A DNA stretch of 63,630 bases, the filler included, from Choristocarpus tenellus KU-1152 (Eukaryota > Protista > Phaeophyceae), in the NCBI GenBank assembly GCA_964200185.2. It is 9 parts of 9 records of this genome, joined end to end, with 100 filler letters (N's around TTAATTAATTAA, not from the genome) between each part and the next. Parts side by side here need not be neighbours in the genome. Positions count along the whole stretch, not along the records: positions 59,270 to 63,630 come from CAXNAD020014919.1; 8 more parts are not named here. One strand, written 5' to 3'. The position numbers and the translations under genes are program-made. The notes under the pieces are model-generated. The model did no database searches. It was not told the DNA's origin and saw nothing but the letters and a program-made list of their open reading frames with translations. Below are positions 61,483 through 63,630 of the stretch, in pieces. Each line of letters opens with the position of its first letter. Position 1 is the stretch's first letter.

Positions 61483-62420
61483 TACTTTTGACTTGATGTA
61501 TTTTTGTTTGTTTGTTTGTTTGTTTGTTTTTGTTGTATTGATCACAAACAAAGAATCGCAATATATTCTAGGTTGAAGGCAAATTTAAATTAGCACAAGA
61601 CTTGTAATACAAGCGGTGAGAGCTCTTTCCCCCAGAGATTCGATTTTATTTTTTTGTTTGTTTTATGAGTGCGTTCTGCTCGCAGAGCCCGGGGACTGGC
61701 GCGCTTCCATTTGCGTGTCGAACGCACGTTTTGATTGTGTTCGACTACGCTGGAAAAAAAAAATACACACACACACACACACACATATATATAAATGTAA
61801 CCAGTTTAACTTTTTACTCATGAAATATTTTAACTTTTGGTTCTCAGTACTGTAATACCAAGTGTTTTGTATTTTTTGCTGATGCTTGTACTGTATCGTG
61901 CTGTTGTGATTTTTATTTTTATTTTGTACCATTTTGGACAGGTTCCAGTCCAAGTCGAATGAGTCGCCCGATTGGCGGACTGGGTGGTACTGGAGGAGGA
62001 GGAGGAGGAGGAGGAATCGATATGCCATTGAGAGGAAGGTATGGTGTCAAGAATGATCTTTTTGTTTTATGTGTAAAAAGTAGATTCCGTAAGAGAACAA
62101 TCTAAGATTGGAAGAGTTCATGTTTGTGTCCTGAAGAAAGATAGAAGATAGATCACGGGTGAATGAACCAGAATGTGGAAGAGTTCAGGAATAGGAAACA
62201 TTGTAGCGAGTGCTCTGTGATTAGTTTGATTAGTGATTGACAGGATGGGATTCATTTGATGGTGAGGACGCCCCTTCCCCCCCCCTTTGGACTTGAAAGC
62301 TCACTCCTCCTTTATCTTCCCTTATGTCATTTAAAACCTGACCAATCCATTAAGGAATTAATCAAGTCATTTATTTACACTAGTCTTGGGAACATCAGCT
62401 TCAATAACATGCGGTAGAAG

Positions 62421-62681
62421 AACCAGTACCAGCACCAGTACTGTAAGTACCGATACCATTACTAGTACCATAAGTACCTGTACCAGTACTGTAAGCACCG
62501 GTACTGTTACTAGTACCACAAGTACCGGTACCGGTACCAGTACTGTAGCTACCGATGCCATTACTAGTTCCAGTTACTAGTACCATAAGTACCGGTACCA
62601 TTACTAGTACCAGTACTAGTACCATAAGTACCGGTACCATTACCAGTACCGTAAGTACTGGTGCCATTACTAGTTCCAGTA
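62421..62681. repeat. AGTACC/AGTACT-derived minisatellite rich in short palindromes
   Basis: Repeated agtacc, actagt, accggt and ggtacc units; they generate the spurious Thr/Ser-rich and Val/Leu-rich ORFs. Confidence 0.85.
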
Positions 62682-62776
62682 CGAGCATCCGTGAAGTGGT
62701 TCCTGTATAGTCCTTAACGTACACAATCGAATAGTGGTTCGAATCCGTCAGTACCGAATGAATGGTAGAATCTAAT

Positions 62777-63080
62777 GGTTAAAGGATATGAATTATTTAT
62801 ATGATGCACTGTATATATCAAATATAGTAATAGTGATGGGGTTAGGGATAATGCTTTTAGAGAGCTATTGGACGATTGGTTTGTGTTGCTGTCCATTGTT
62901 TTAAAAGAACTGAACATTTGAGAAATTATTCTTAGTAAATGTAGAAAATGGTTCTGTGCAGTGTATTGTTCTTTACGCAAATTCTTCTCTCTATAAAATA
63001 AAGATTTGCCAATATGTTATCCAAGAAGAGTGTTGTGTAGAGGGTGTTGATGTGTTGTTGAACTATGCCAGGTACAAAGG
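62777..63080 (-). mobile_element. Dispersed repeat, possibly a LINE 3' region; second partial copy at ~61108-61204
   Basis: ggttaa.ggata..aatt.tttat.tg.tgcactg.atatat.aa.tata.taatagtga..ggg.tagggataatgc.tttagagagc.attgga occurs at both places. Confidence 0.55.
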
Positions 63081-63630
63081 CTATTAATGATAATAATAGT
63101 AATAATAATAATAACAATAATAGTAATAATAACAATAATTGTTAGGTTGTGAGGGAGAGGGTCCAATCAGTCACGGGGGGGTGTTCAGAATCAGCAGTTG
63201 TGTCATGGACGTCATGAATGTCATGGACGTCATGAATGTCATGGATGTCATGGGTGGTTTCTTCCAGCAAACCCAAAGCGCTCTCAGTCATCAAATCCTA
63301 GGAGAATTTGAAATTTGAAATTTGAAACTGAATCTTGGATTCAATTCGATGGGTGACATCACATCACATCATTGTGAGTGACCACCATCAACGGCGAACA
63401 GTCCTTAAGGCCATAGGGCTTGTCTGTGTTTGATGCCAATGGGAACATCACCAATGATAATGAGACGTCTATGGGACACCCTTACTTGTGTGCCTGCGGA
63501 AATGGATTGGACTAAGACCAGTTCCCAATGGGACCAGTCCGTAATGCATTGCCCTCCCCCCCCCCCAGTGTGGCCTCCGACTGCACGCAAGAAAAAAAAC
63601 AAACTTTCCAGTACATCCTGTCGAAGACAC

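Noticed and set aside
62367-62724. Thr/Ser-rich mucin-like or Val/Leu-rich membrane ORFs
   Set aside because: They are translations of the AGTACC minisatellite, with a frame break and no gene structure.

Overview
Eukaryotic, intron-rich, repeat-rich DNA. It is not one locus: nine separate contigs are joined by an artificial 100-bp linker (N44-TTAATTAATTAA-N44), so gene order across linkers is meaningless. The TTAGGG repeats, GT/GC-AG introns and protein types suggest a stramenopile such as a brown alga; this is inference. Genes reconstructed by hand from splice signals: a PP2C phosphatase with an MGC N-terminus (3' partial); a complete STN1 head-to-head with an SCP2-like-domain protein; part of a voltage-gated cation channel with a TLEDWMD filter; a 5'-partial KNL2/M18BP1-like protein convergent with a complete PKA regulatory subunit; and the 3' exons of a neuroguidin/Lcp5-like gene. 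The rest is mostly transposon debris. This includes two copies of one Ty3/Gypsy family (one carrying a nested solo LTR and a MITE), LINE and other LTR relics, two foldback elements and minisatellites. There are also at least 14 copies or fragments of four related MITE subfamilies that share a terminal core; several have 4-bp target-site duplications (TSDs), as in Sola2, and a possible Sola2 transposase relic is present. I see no clear multi-gene novel system. The best leads are the MITE clan, the channel resembling bacterial ancestor-like sodium channels, the PKA-R with a PKG-type Thr in its first cyclic-nucleotide pocket, and a Cys/His cluster in STN1. All homology calls are from recalled motifs; no searches were run.
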